A DNA stretch of 59,648 nt, counting the filler, from Chthonomonadaceae bacterium (GTDB lineage: Bacteria; Armatimonadota; Chthonomonadetes; Chthonomonadales; Chthonomonadaceae), in NCBI GenBank assembly GCA_035650735.1. It is 4 parts of 4 records of this genome, joined end to end, with 100 filler letters (N's around TTAATTAATTAA, not from the genome) between each part and the next. Parts side by side here need not be neighbours in the genome. Positions count along the whole stretch, not along the records: positions 1 to 17,726 come from DASRGZ010000189.1; positions 17,827 to 31,994 come from DASRGZ010000190.1; 2 more parts are not named here. The stretch is one strand, 5' to 3'. Below are positions 9,100-18,951 of this stretch, piece by piece; positions within the stretch are counted from its first letter, which is position 1, and each line of letters begins with the position of its first letter. The notes under the pieces were generated by a model. That model saw nothing but the letters and a program-made list of their open reading frames with translations, searched no databases and was not told the origin of the DNA. Position numbers and translations under genes: made by a program.

Positions 9100-10452
9100 T
9101 CAATTCCCTACCCAACAGGGCCGGGAGGCGCTGGAAACGCTCAGCCTCTGTCTTTTGGCAGCGGAAGCCATCTCCCGTTTCGGGAAGGTTTCGCAGGCGT
9201 TGCCGCGCATCAGCCGCTGGACTAGCGCCGGAACCTCCTCGCGGGCGATCCAGCCCTCGGCAACGAGTTCTGATATCGCCTGCGTCAGACCCTGCCGTGC
9301 GATGCGACTATGGCCGTAGATCGTCTCCACCGTGATGTAGTCGCCGCCGAACGTGAAGAGCTTGTTGGCGGGCGCGGCCAGCAGGAACTCCTTGACGAAG
9401 CGCACGCCCGCCGCCGGGTTGATGATCCAGGCCCAGCACAGGTCAATGTAGGCGTTGTGGTAGTGCTTGGCGAGCGCGATAAACTCATCCTGATATGGGT
9501 AGCCGATATGCATCAGGACAAACTTCGTCTCCGGGAAGTCCTTGAGCAGCGGGCAGAGGTCGCCCGCGTTCTGGCGCAGGCGAGTCAGCGGCATGCTATC
9601 GTGCCCGGCGTAGTAGCCCGTGTGCAGCTTGACCGGCAGGCCGTACTCGGTCGCCTTGCCCACGCAGTAACGGAACAGGTAGTCTTGCAGCGCCTTCTGC
9701 TCCTCCGCGTCTAGCTTTTCGTGGCGGGCGAAGCGGGCAAAGAGCGGCTCGGCGCGCTCCTTCGGGACTGCCTCGTAGTCCAGCCTGCGGGCGTAGGCGC
9801 TCTGGTTCTTGACGGCGATGGCGCGCGGCCCGTAGGTCGCAAAGTGCCAGTCAATCACCTCCAGCCAGCCGTCGAGCGTGTCCGCCGTTTTGCCGCTTTC
9901 AAACTCCACCCTTTTGAGATCAAGCCCGGTGCTGAGAGCGACGAAACTCAGGTCCTGGTGCAGCAGGTCCGGCTGCTCCGTATCCATGAAGATGCGCTGC
10001 AAGGAGTTGACCTGACAGCTTTCGAGGTTGCTTCGCTCCCGGAGTATCTCCCGATAGAAGCCGGGCCGCACCATTGCCTTATACTTCTCCGCCAGGCGGG
10101 GCGCACTCTCGGCGGTCAGGTCGTCCTCACCGTAGAGGCCGCGCAGCGTGTGGCGGACGGCCTGCGCGTACCCTGTGTGTTTCGTGCGCTCCCAGTAAGG
10201 CGCAACCAGGCGATATTTGGTTTCGGTCGGCGTGTCCGGAGCAAAGAAGCGCTGCCGCTGCTCTTCCGTCATGCCCGCGCTGCTCAGATCGTCGCCCAGG
10301 TAGTGCATGAAGAGATAGGACCAATCGTCGCAGGGAAAGAGCCGGTCTCCCACCTCGCCCGACAGGCGCAGGCTCTCTTCAATCAGGTGCTCGTGCGTAT
10401 CTACGAGCGGCGTCTCCTCAACCCATTCGCGGATCTGGTTATCACTCGGCAT
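9100..10452 (-). CDS. Amidohydrolase family protein (amidohydro_2 / uronate-isomerase-like)
   Basis: DTHEH, KLHTG, LMHIGYP, FGGD motifs; AAGGAG RBS before MPSDNQ. Confidence 0.85.
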   Translation of the reverse strand: MPSDNQIREWVEETPLVDTHEHLIEESLRLSGEVGDRLFPCDDWSYLFMHYLGDDLSSAGMTEEQRQRFFAPDTPTETKYRLVAPYWERTKHTGYAQAVRHTLRGLYGEDDLTAESAPRLAEKYKAMVRPGFYREILRERSNLESCQVNSLQRIFMDTEQPDLLHQDLSFVALSTGLDLKRVEFESGKTADTLDGWLEVIDWHFATYGPRAIAVKNQSAYARRLDYEAVPKERAEPLFARFARHEKLDAEEQKALQDYLFRYCVGKATEYGLPVKLHTGYYAGHDSMPLTRLRQNAGDLCPLLKDFPETKFVLMHIGYPYQDEFIALAKHYHNAYIDLCWAWIINPAAGVRFVKEFLLAAPANKLFTFGGDYITVETIYGHSRIARQGLTQAISELVAEGWIAREEVPALVQRLMRGNACETFPKREMASAAKRQRLSVSSASRPCWVGN

Positions 10453-10470
10453 CGCTCTCTCCTTATCGCA

Positions 10471-10528
10471 AAGGATGAAGGTGGAAGGATGAAAAATCGA
10501 GGATTCCTCTTTCATCCTTCTTGCTTCT
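10471..10528. repeat. Inverted GGATGAA / TTCATCC heptamer repeat element
   Basis: AAGGATGAAGGTGGAAGGATGAA...TTCATCCTT; homologous to 7411-7471. Confidence 0.7.
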
Positions 10529-10669
10529 GGTGACTACAGAATTCACCCTCATCGGTCAAAGAGTCCTGCCGGATTAGCCGCGCCGATCAGAGCTTCCTGC
10601 CAGAGGAGGAGAGAAGCCCGGCGAAAGGGAACCTTTAGCGTATCCGGTACTTAGGGGAGATGGTGCGCG

Positions 10670-12301
10670 ATGGTCTTTTCCTTCTTAAAGGCAATACGGC
10701 CCATCGGGGGTTGGCGCGGGGGCAGGCATGTGCCTTTGCTGGCCGTGTTGGCCGGGTTCCTGCTGGCAAGCGGACTGGCGGCGCAGGGGCAGGGCACTCT
10801 GGAGCGCCTGCGCGCAAAAGGCGAGCTGGTGATCGGCACGGATGCGACCTATCCGCCGTTCGAGTACATCGAAAACGGCCAGCTCAAAGGCTTCGATATA
10901 GACCTCGGCAATGAGATAGGCAAAGAGCTGGGAATCAAAGTGCGCTGGCAGCCGATGGCCTGGAACGGCATCTTCGGGGCGCTGGAGACGGGCAAGATAG
11001 ACATGATCATGTCCGGCGTGACCATCACCGAGGAGCGCAAGAAGAAGGGCAACGCCTTTTCGCGGCCCTATTTCCTCTCCGGGCAGACCATCGCGCGGCG
11101 CAAAGGCGACCAACGCATTCGCGGCCTGCAAGACCTCAAGGATAAGATCGTCTCGGTGCAGGAAGAGACAACCGGGCAGTACGCGCTGCAAAAAATCGGC
11201 GTGCCGGATGACCATATCCTCAAGTTTGACAAGCTTCAGGACGGCCTGCTGGATGTGCGCAACGGCAAATCCGATGCGGCGGTCGCCGATATGCCCGCCC
11301 TAAAAACCATCCTGCGCAAGGGCTTCCCGGAACTGGAACTGGTGGGCGATGTCTTTGTGCATGAGAACGTCGGCCTCGTCGTGCGGCCAGGCGAGCCGGA
11401 TCTGTTAGAGGCTGTGAATCGTGGCCTGGATACAATCATCACGGATGGCCGCTATGCCAGAATCTACGAGAAATGGATGGAAGAGCCGGCCACGCCCGCC
11501 CTCCTCAGCGAACTCACTCGCGTTCGTAACGAAGGAAGCTCGGTCGAAGCCCTGAGAAAAGCCGCGCCGCGTTCCGGCTCGGCGTTGCGCCTTGATTGGG
11601 GCTTGATGCGGGAGGCGCTGCCGCAGCTGCTGGCAGGCGCGCGGATGACGCTCGCCGTTACCTTCCTGGCCCTGATCCTCGGTGTGCCCCTGGGCCTGCT
11701 GATAGCGCTGGCGCGGCTGTCGGGCCTGCCGCCGCTGAAGCTTGTGGCGACCGTCTATGTCGAGGTGGTGCGCGGTACGCCGCTGTTGATGCAGATTTAC
11801 GTTATCTACTTCGTGCTGCCGTCGCTGCATATCAACCTCTCTTCGCTGGTCTCGGCGGTCACGGCGCTGAGCCTCAACGCGGCAGCCTATATCTCCGAGA
11901 TTTTCCGGGCCGGGATTGAGAGCATAGAGGCAGGACAGATGGAGGCGGCGCGGTCGCTGGGCCTGGACTACGCGGGCGCGATGCGCTGGGTCATCCTGCC
12001 GCAGACCTTGCGGCGCGTGCTGCCCCCGCTGACCAACGAGGCCGTCGCGCTGCTCAAGGACTCCTCGCTGATCTCGGTCATCGCCCTGAGCGAACTGACG
12101 CGCAAAGGAACCGAGCTTTCCGCCAACTCCGGCAGGCCGACAACCATCTATTTCGCCGTCGCGCTGCTGTACCTGGCGATGACGCTGCCACTTACCTACC
12201 TGACGCGGCGGTTGGAGGCCCGCTGGCAGCCCGTCAGCCGCGCCCGCCAGAGGCTGCGTAAAGCGAAGCCGCTGCTCGCATCCACGGGAGGACAGCCATG
12301 A
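10670..12301 (+). CDS. Polar amino-acid ABC transporter, fused substrate-binding + permease protein
   Basis: YPPFE and GFDIDL (family 3 SBP); RGTPLL and [10 protein letters not shown]...EAARSLG (EAA loop). Start uncertain. Confidence 0.92.
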   Translation: MVFSFLKAIRPIGGWRGGRHVPLLAVLAGFLLASGLAAQGQGTLERLRAKGELVIGTDATYPPFEYIENGQLKGFDIDLGNEIGKELGIKVRWQPMAWNGIFGALETGKIDMIMSGVTITEERKKKGNAFSRPYFLSGQTIARRKGDQRIRGLQDLKDKIVSVQEETTGQYALQKIGVPDDHILKFDKLQDGLLDVRNGKSDAAVADMPALKTILRKGFPELELVGDVFVHENVGLVVRPGEPDLLEAVNRGLDTIITDGRYARIYEKWMEEPATPALLSELTRVRNEGSSVEALRKAAPRSGSALRLDWGLMREALPQLLAGARMTLAVTFLALILGVPLGLLIALARLSGLPPLKLVATVYVEVVRGTPLLMQIYVIYFVLPSLHINLSSLVSAVTALSLNAAAYISEIFRAGIESIEAGQMEAARSLGLDYAGAMRWVILPQTLRRVLPPLTNEAVALLKDSSLISVIALSELTRKGTELSANSGRPTTIYFAVALLYLAMTLPLTYLTRRLEARWQPVSRARQRLRKAKPLLASTGGQP

Positions 12302-13080
12302 CCGTAAGCCGCACGGGAGCCATGCCGGCCCTCCTGGGAACGAATCCCGGAGCGCCCGTCCTGGCGATGGAGAATTTGTACAAGAGTTTCGGTCGGCTGG
12401 AGGTGCTGAAGGGCATCTCTCTGGAGGTGAGTGAGGGTGCGGTCGTGGGGCTTATCGGGCCGTCTGGCAGCGGCAAATCCACGCTCCTGCGCTGTATCAA
12501 CCGGCTGGAGGCGCCGACGGCAGGCACGGTGCGCTTCCGGGGCGTGGAGGTCACCAACGCCAATCTCAACCAGATACGCCGCGAGATCGGCATGGTCTTC
12601 CAGCGCTTCAACCTGTTTCCGCATCTGACGGCGCTGGAGAACGTGACCCTGGCCCCGCGCAAAGTGCTGGGCCTTCCCAAAGAGCAGGCGGAGCGCGAGG
12701 GGCTGGAACTGCTCGACCAGGTACGTCTCCGCGCTAAGGCGGGCAACTACCCGGACGAGCTTTCCGGGGGCCAACAGCAGCGGGTCGCCATTGCGCGCGC
12801 GCTGGCCCTGCGCCCGGCGGTTCTGCTCTTTGACGAGCCGACCTCCGCGCTCGACCCGGAACTGGTGGGCGAGGTGCTGGAGGTGATGCGCGACTTGGCG
12901 CGGCAGGGCCGCACCATGCTCGTCGCCACGCATGAGATGGGCTTCTGTCGGGAAGTCGCCAGTCGCGTGCTGTTCCTGGACGAAGGCATCATCCGGGAAG
13001 AAGGCCCGCCGGAGCAGGTGCTTGTTGCGCCGCAGCAGGCACGCACGCGCGAGTTTCTGGCACGGATACTCAACCGGTGA
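12298..13080 (+). CDS. Amino-acid ABC transporter ATP-binding protein (GlnQ-like)
   Basis: [31 protein letters not shown] overlap with the permease. Confidence 0.93.
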   Translation: MTVSRTGAMPALLGTNPGAPVLAMENLYKSFGRLEVLKGISLEVSEGAVVGLIGPSGSGKSTLLRCINRLEAPTAGTVRFRGVEVTNANLNQIRREIGMVFQRFNLFPHLTALENVTLAPRKVLGLPKEQAEREGLELLDQVRLRAKAGNYPDELSGGQQQRVAIARALALRPAVLLFDEPTSALDPELVGEVLEVMRDLARQGRTMLVATHEMGFCREVASRVLFLDEGIIREEGPPEQVLVAPQQARTREFLARILNR

Positions 13081-13172
13081 GGCTCTGTCTGTTTCCTTGA
13101 AGTAAACAAGAAACGTCCTGTGTGGACAGGGGCCTTCCGTTCTCGGCGCTTTTGCGTTTTTGGCGTCCGCAG

Positions 13173-13302
13173 TCACAAGGCAGAGGCGCGAGTATCGCCA
13201 GGCGGAGATCGCCAGGCAGAGCCGCGAACCGTTGAGCGGCGTCCCTGGCAGTCGAGCGTGCCCAGTCCCGACCCTAGCAGTCGTAGCGCCGTTCCTTGCA
13301 GT
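13173..13302 (-). repeat. Triple-nested 45-nt hairpin element
   Basis: On the minus strand: three ACTGCNAGG left ends followed by three TCYGCCTNGYGA right ends in nested order. Confidence 0.85.
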
Positions 13303-13307
13303 CGCTT

Positions 13308-13497
13308 GGCCGAAGGCCACACAGACGGGGGTTGAAAACCCCGGTCCTAGCCGGGCATTGAAAATACCCGGCTAGAGGGCGGCTGCGCCGCCGACCGTCC
13401 TTCGGACGGAAAACTTGGCTTTGCTGGGCGTCCGCCAGGACGGTTGGCCGTAGGCCCTAGAGACGGGTACTGAAAGTGTACTGAAAGTACCCGGCAT
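13308..13497. repeat. REP/MITE-like cluster of GAAA-loop hairpins
   Basis: GGGGTTGAAAACCCC, TAGCCGGGCATTGAAAATACCCGGCTA, CCGTCCTTCGGACGG, GGCCGWAGGCC x2, tandem GTACTGAAAGT. Confidence 0.6.
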
Positions 13498-13523
13498 CGA
13501 GTGTATGGACAGAGGAGGATGGT

Positions 13524-14609
13524 ATGGCGGCAGGCAAAATCGGGATCGGCATTCTTTCGTTCGCGCACGGGCACGTCAACGCCTACGCGCACCAGATCAA
13601 GACGTTCGATGACGCGCAACTGGTGGCGTGCTGGGATGACGACGAGGCGCGCGGACGCCAGAACGCGGATGCGTTCGGCATTCCCTATTCTCCCCATCTG
13701 GAGGATGTGCTTTCCCGGCCGGATTTAGAGTGCGTCATCGTTGCCAGCGAGACGAACAAGCACGCCGGACTGTGCGTGGCGGCGATGGAGGCGGGCAAGT
13801 CCGTGCTGCTGCAAAAGCCGATGGCGATCACGCTGGCCGACTGCGACCGGATTATCCAGACCGTCGAGAAGACGGGCGTGTGGTTTAGCCTGGCGTTTCA
13901 GATGCGCTGCGACCCGCAGAATATCCAGATGCGCGAGCTCGTGCAGTCCGGGGCCATCGGGCGGTTGGGCATGATACGGCGGCGGCATTGCATCAGCGTG
14001 CTATTTCATAAGGGCTTCTACGAAGGGCCGACGAAATGGCACGTCAGCGCCGAGGCCAACAAGGGGATGTTCTTCGACGACGCCACCCACGCTCTCGACT
14101 GGCTCTACTGGACGGTGGGGCGCAAGCCCGTCTCGGTCATCGCTGAGATTGACAACGTTCTGACCAACGTGGCGCCCGACGATACCGGCGTGGCGGTCTA
14201 CCGCTTCGACGACGGCCTGTTCGCCGACATCGCCAACTCCAGCGTCACCTGGGCCGGGGAGAACACTACCGAAATCTATGGCGATAAGGGCGTTATCATC
14301 CAGAATCACGGCGACGGCCCCTCCTGCGGCATCAAGCCGCCCCATCCCATTGGCGTGAAGATGTTCCAGTCCGACAAAGCCGATCTCGGCTGGCAAGATC
14401 TGGGCCTGCCGGTTCCGGCCAATCATGGCGAGCGCATCGCAGGCGTGGCCCGGCCCTTCATTGACGCACTTAAATCCGGCCAGCCGATGTGTACGGCGCA
14501 GGAGGGGCGCGTCTCAGTGGAGATGTGCCTAGCCGCCTACCGCTCCGCCGCAACTGGGCAGCGCGTCGGCTTCCCTTTCTCTGAAGCGGAACAACCTCAA
14601 CAGGATTAA
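13524..14609 (+). CDS. Gfo/Idh/MocA family oxidoreductase
   Basis: GIGILSFAHGH, LLQKPMA, FFDDATHALD; stop codon lies within the adjacent repeat. Confidence 0.88.
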   Translation: MAAGKIGIGILSFAHGHVNAYAHQIKTFDDAQLVACWDDDEARGRQNADAFGIPYSPHLEDVLSRPDLECVIVASETNKHAGLCVAAMEAGKSVLLQKPMAITLADCDRIIQTVEKTGVWFSLAFQMRCDPQNIQMRELVQSGAIGRLGMIRRRHCISVLFHKGFYEGPTKWHVSAEANKGMFFDDATHALDWLYWTVGRKPVSVIAEIDNVLTNVAPDDTGVAVYRFDDGLFADIANSSVTWAGENTTEIYGDKGVIIQNHGDGPSCGIKPPHPIGVKMFQSDKADLGWQDLGLPVPANHGERIAGVARPFIDALKSGQPMCTAQEGRVSVEMCLAAYRSAATGQRVGFPFSEAEQPQQD

Positions 14610-14736
14610 CAGGATTTCGCAGGATTTACAGGATTAAGGCAAAAGCCAGAAGTCGTGAAGTCAACTAAGTCCAGAGGAACAGGTACTCGGTTGGGTAGGT
14701 TTTAGAAATCCTGTTTAATCCTGTTCATCCTGTTGA
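14597..14736. repeat. MITE-like element with tandem CAGGAT / ATCCTG inverted ends
   Basis: TCAACAGGATTAACAGGATT...AATCCTGTTCATCCTGTTGA; homologous ends and spacer at 21251-21391 and 39825-39937. Confidence 0.85.
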
Positions 14737-14746
14737 AAATGGGCTT

Positions 14747-15547
14747 TTAGGGGAGGAGGCGCGTGGTGGGCTGGCGCGGCCAGGTGGCGCAGCGTCGGAA
14801 GCCCTCCGCGTAGCGCACGCCCGCCTGAAGGCCCCGGAATCGCGTGTGCGCCTCCATGAACTCCACAAAATCAATGCCGTCGTGGTCGCGCATCCAGGTA
14901 AGCTGACTCTGGTGGCAGGAGAGCATCCGCTTTTTGGTCTCGAAGAAGTCGGTCACGTCCACGTACTCTTCCGGTAGAAAATCCATGCCCGCCAGCGTAT
15001 CCATATAGTAGATCGGCGTTACTTTGGGGTGGAATGGGAATTTGCCGGGCAGTTGCGGCAGCGTGGCGCAGAAGCTCGCCGCAAAAACCAGTTCCGAGAC
15101 GATCGTGTGGTCGGGCATGTAGTCGTTGGGTGGGTGGGTTAGAATGAGGTCGGGTTTGGCCTGCCGGATGATGTCGGCCACGAGCGCGCGGGTTTCGCGG
15201 TCGGGATAGATGTCCAGGTCAGAAACGGTGGGCAGGTTGAGTACCGTCGCCCCGATGACCGCGCCGCCCTGCCGGGCCTCCTCCGCCCGAATGCGAGCTA
15301 GCTCGGCGCGCGGTATCTCAAAGTGGCCGAGGTCGCCGTTGCAGCAGTGGCAGATGGTGACCGCGTGGCCCTGCGCGGCAAATTTAGCCAGCGTGCCGCC
15401 GCAGAGCAGTTCCGCGTCGTCCGGATGCGCCGTAATCGCCAGAACGTTGAGCTTCGTATTTGTTGGCTGTGGAGTAATTTGGGCTGTGCGCAATTCTTCG
15501 GCCATATTCGCCAGGTCGTCCCATTGCGTATTTGTTGTGGTGTCCAT
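14747..15547 (-). CDS. PIG-L family deacetylase
   Basis: AHPDDAE, R..EA, DYMPDH, CHQSQ, YAEGF motifs. Confidence 0.88.
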   Translation of the reverse strand: MDTTTNTQWDDLANMAEELRTAQITPQPTNTKLNVLAITAHPDDAELLCGGTLAKFAAQGHAVTICHCCNGDLGHFEIPRAELARIRAEEARQGGAVIGATVLNLPTVSDLDIYPDRETRALVADIIRQAKPDLILTHPPNDYMPDHTIVSELVFAASFCATLPQLPGKFPFHPKVTPIYYMDTLAGMDFLPEEYVDVTDFFETKKRMLSCHQSQLTWMRDHDGIDFVEFMEAHTRFRGLQAGVRYAEGFRRCATWPRQPTTRLLP

Positions 15548-15693
15548 GCAAATCTCCCCTTGAAGCTGAAGCTCGCCGCTGTCACCGCCGCTCTGATCCA
15601 GCGTGCAGACAGCGTTAAGTTAATCGGTTTGTTCGCTATGGATGTTGCGGTTGCCTGCCTGTGAGGAAAGAGCAAGAAAGACGTTTTAGAGAA

Positions 15694-16770
15694 ATGAGAA
15701 GAAGAGGTTTACATCAAGGAGTGGCTGCGCTTGTTGGCCTGCTGCTGGCGGCTGGAGGGGCGGCGAAAGCGGCCCAGACGCCCGCCGTATTCTATCGGAC
15801 GGCTGTCGTGCGCGTCGGCGGTCGGAGCTATCGGTGCAACGTGGTGACGATTAACCTGGCTTCCGGCAAGCTCGCGCCGTGTGTCGTGACGGCCCAGGGC
15901 GGCGTCGGGCAGACGGAGGCGTTTGCGCAGATGGTGCGACGCGCGCGGGCCGTGGCCGCGATCAACGGCTCGTTCTTTGAGGCCTATAACAAAACCGGCG
16001 ACAAAGATCCCGTGATGACCCTGATCCATGCAGGCAAGGTCGTCCACAGGGGCCGAATCGGCACGGTGGTCGGATTCGGGCCGCGAGGCGCGGTGATGGG
16101 CCGGCTGGATCTGCCGATACGGGGCACAGTGACCCGGCCTATGGGTCGCTTGGCGCCCTGATATGCCTACTGGATCAACCGCATTCCTACCAGCCCGGAC
16201 TGCATTATCCTGTTTACCCCGGCGCACGGCGCGCGCACCCGCACGCGGGATGGCGTCTCGGTGGTCGTCAGGAACGACAAGGTGGAGCGGATTGTGGGAG
16301 GCGATACCCCGATTCCTCCCAACGGCTACGTGATTCATTTTCGGGGCAGCCTGGCCCAGCAGGCGGCGCTCTTCACGCCCGGCGCGGAAGTCCGGTTCGA
16401 CATCCTGCGCTTTGCCGAGAGGGATACGGAGGCGTGGCAGGCGGTCACGGAGGCGGTCGGGGCCGGGCCGCGCCTGCTCACGGATGGGCGCATCACGGTC
16501 TATCCGGAGCAGGAGGGCTTCCACGACCCGAAGATACTGTCCAATCGTGGGCAGCGCAGCGCCATCGGCATCACTCGCGACGGCAAGCTGCTGCTGGTGA
16601 CGGTCAGCGGGCTGACGGTTCGGGAGCTGGCCGAGGCGATGCGCCAGTTGGGCGCGGTGCAGGCGATGAACCTGGATGGGGGTGCCTCCAGCGCGCTCTA
16701 CTGCAATGGTCTGACCCTGACGCAGCCGGGCAGGGCGCTGAGCAACGTACTGGCGTTTGTCCGCCCATGA
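15694..16770 (+). pseudogene. Phosphodiester glycosidase (NAGPA-domain) protein with in-frame TGA at 16159-16161
   Basis: AINGSFF in the 5' part and GAGPRLL, RSAIG, AMNLDGGASS in the 3' part are in the same frame, separated by one TGA in LAP*YAYWINR. Confidence 0.7.
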
Positions 16771-16793
16771 GAGAGAAGACCTATCCTCCGGTC

Positions 16794-16987
16794 CGGCAGG
16801 CTAAACCCTGCCGCTGTGGGGCCTGCGGCCCGCTGCCTGCCTGCGCAGGCAGAGGATTCGGTAAGATACTAGGATCGCCGCCCTCCCTCTCTGTGGGCGA
16901 CCTTGCTGCCTAAGTAGGCAGAGAGTCTCGCCCACGTAGGTGGGCGACGGGCGCTTTGCACCCCCAAGCGACAGGGTTTAGCCTGCC
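16794..16987. repeat. REP/MITE-like element with ~21-bp inverted ends
   Basis: GGCAGGCTAAACCCTGCCGCT ... AGCGACAGGGTTTAGCCTGCC between convergent genes. Confidence 0.65.
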
Positions 16988-17005
16988 GCTATAGGGGTGA
17001 GGTCA

Positions 17006-17726
17006 TCAGTCCCGGAGGGCAGCGCGCAGCTCGGCAGCGAAGCGGGGAACGCCCGTCTCCGCTGGCTCTTCCTCCTCGTACTCGATGGCGAGAAAGCCCC
17101 GGTAGCCTACCGCCTCCATGATCTGGCGCACGCGCGCATAGTCCACCGTAACGCGCTCGCCCCGTACCTGGCCCTCAGATCGTGGCTTGGCATGGGTGGC
17201 GACGGCATAAGGCGCGCACGCGGCAAACTGGCCATAGATGTCGCCGCTGAAGTTGCCGAAATCCAGATTAAGGCCCAGCGCCGGATGCGCCACGGCTTGC
17301 AGCAGCCGCAGCGTTCCGTCCGCCGTCGCCGTCAGCCCGCCATGGTTCTCCAGGGCCAACAGCACGCCGCGCTCATGGGCATACTCCGCACACTCCCGCA
17401 GGCACTCCACGACGTTCTGAAAGGTCTGTTCCGGGCTCTCTCCCTCGCGCACCGCCCCCGCAAACACCCGCATCGTCGGCGCGCCCAGCGCTACCGAGTG
17501 ATCGATCCAGGCTTTAGCCATCGCGACATGCTCGCGCCGCTTGTCCGCATCCGGCTGGGCAAAGTCGGTGCCGATGGCCGTGCCCGAGATCGCCAACCCC
17601 TCCCGGTGCGCTCTCTGCTTGATCTCGTTGAGGAACCCGCGCCCTGTCGTTGGAAAATAGTAAGCGGTCAACTCCACGCCATCAAAACCGATCTCGCGGC
17701 AGACCCGCAGAAAATCGGGCAGCGTC
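17006..17726 (-). CDS. Sugar phosphate isomerase/epimerase (TIM barrel), 5' truncated by the contig edge
   Basis: DGVELTAYYF, LALENHGG, LDFGNF, THAK, AIEYE motifs. Confidence 0.85.
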
Positions 17727-17826
17727 NNNNNNNNNNNNNNNNNNNNNNNNNNNNNNNNNNNNNNNNNNNNTTAATTAATTAANNNNNNNNNNNNNNNNNN
17801 NNNNNNNNNNNNNNNNNNNNNNNNNN
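17727..17826. other. Artificial contig spacer
   Basis: N44-TTAATTAATTAA-N44 (stops in all frames). Confidence 0.97.
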
Positions 17827-17827
17827 C

Positions 17828-17965
17828 CGCAGAGATCGGTGCGATTTGAGCCTCTTTCAGATCGGGCTGCTCTGGATTGAGCATTGCCTCAACGAAGGAT
17901 TACCTATTCCAGTTCTGTTGAGCATACGGAGACTTTGCCCCGACAGAAAAAGTGTACGGTAGTGA
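17828..17965 (+). mobile_element. 3' end of a probable IS4-like DDE transposase with the IS right end
   Basis: Reads RRDRCDLSLFQIGLLWIEHCL...KSVR*; stop lies within AAAAGTGTACGGTAGTGA, an IS-end-like sequence; sits at a contig start. Confidence 0.5.
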
Positions 17966-17978
17966 ATTGACCGCTCCC

Positions 17979-18007
17979 TTGACAAGGAGACCTGAAGAGG
18001 CTACACT
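17979..18007 (+). promoter_or_regulatory. Sigma70 promoter of the tRNA gene
   Basis: TTGACA-N17-TACACT, 15 nt before the tRNA 5' end. Confidence 0.8.
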
Positions 18008-18022
18008 AATAGGGCATCACCA

Positions 18023-18340
18023 GGGCCCATAGCTCAACGGCAGAGCGCCCGGCTCAAGACGGCGCATCTCAGTCCGTAAGGAGATGGATGCGCTACAGAG
18101 GGCCGCTGCGGGAGCAATCCGGCAGCAAACACCTGTCAAATTCGGGGAAGCCTACGTCCTCCACAGGATAGGGTAATCCCGAGCCAAGCGCCTCTTCGAG
18201 GAGGCGAAGGTGTAGAGACTCGACGGCAGGTACCCCCTCGGGGTAAAGAGAGAGTCCAGCCCACAAACTCGAAAGGGACAGCGAAAGTTGTAGTGGGAAG
18301 CATAACTGGTTGGTTGTAGGTTCGAATCCTACTGGGCCCA
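18023..18340 (+). tRNA. tRNA-Ile2 (CAT), exons 18023-18054 and 18301-18340
   Basis: Spliced product GGGCCCATAGCTCAACGGCAGAGCGCCCGGCT|CATAACTGGTTGGTTGTAGGTTCGAATCCTACTGGGCCCA folds as a cloverleaf; G1-C72 pair and no GGG/CCC anticodon stem argue against fMet; CCA not encoded. Confidence 0.88.
18055..18300 (+). ncRNA. Group I self-splicing intron (IC3-like), 246 nt, no ORF
   Basis: AAATTCGGGGAA, AATCCCGAGCCAAG, GTGTAGAGACT, AGAGAGTCC core; P3 CCTGTC/GGCAGG; exon CGGCU pairs with GGCCG (U.G at splice site); terminal G. Confidence 0.92.
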
Positions 18341-18506
18341 TTTCCGCCTGCATCGCCGTGACCGGACCGGAAAGCGGGAAACGCTTTCCGGTCTGTTTCG
18401 TTTGGGGGCTAAGTCCCCACCCCTCGTTTGCGCGGCCTGATCTGGGGAACATCCTCGTGCGTTTTCCATTCTACTTTGGTAGTATTTCACAGGCAAGGAG
18501 AAGGCG

Positions 18507-18776
18507 ATGGACGACATTCAAAAGCGGTTGGAGAAGGCGAAAGCCGAATTGACCGAAGCGGAAGAACAGCGCCAGCTCGGCAATCTAGAGACGGCGACGG
18601 TACTGGCGCAGCTAGCTATCGGCAATGCGCTGGTGGCGTTGGCGGAGCAGGGGCCGCAGGTGCAGTACGAGCGCGGCGTCATCGCGCAGGAGCCCCAATT
18701 CCAAAGCATGAATGAGATGGGCATTCGCCGGAACCGGCAGAGCCGCCGGGATGTTACGCCGCCCGTAGGCGAATAG
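18507..18776 (+). CDS. Small hypothetical protein (helical N-terminus)
   Basis: AAGGAG RBS, 89-aa ORF. Confidence 0.6.
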   Translation: MDDIQKRLEKAKAELTEAEEQRQLGNLETATVLAQLAIGNALVALAEQGPQVQYERGVIAQEPQFQSMNEMGIRRNRQSRRDVTPPVGE

Positions 18777-18951
18777 CCGCCTGGCGTGTCGCAGGCGGAA
18801 GGCTTGCGCCCTTCCCAATAGGAGACGATGCGGGGCCGGAAGGCGGATAGCATGCCTGACGGCCTTTTCGTTATGGCGTGCGGCGAGTGTAGCCAACGCG
18901 CGGGCGTTGGGTGTATAATGCTGGCAGCAGTTCCCGACTCGATTCCCGCCT

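Noticed and set aside
17771..17782. TTAATTAATTAA flanked by Ns (three occurrences)
   Set aside because: Artificial all-frame-stop contig linker, not biological.
18093..18452. ORF overlapping the intron as a homing endonuclease
   Set aside because: Antisense translation of tRNA and intron core; no LAGLIDADG, HNH or GIY-YIG motif.
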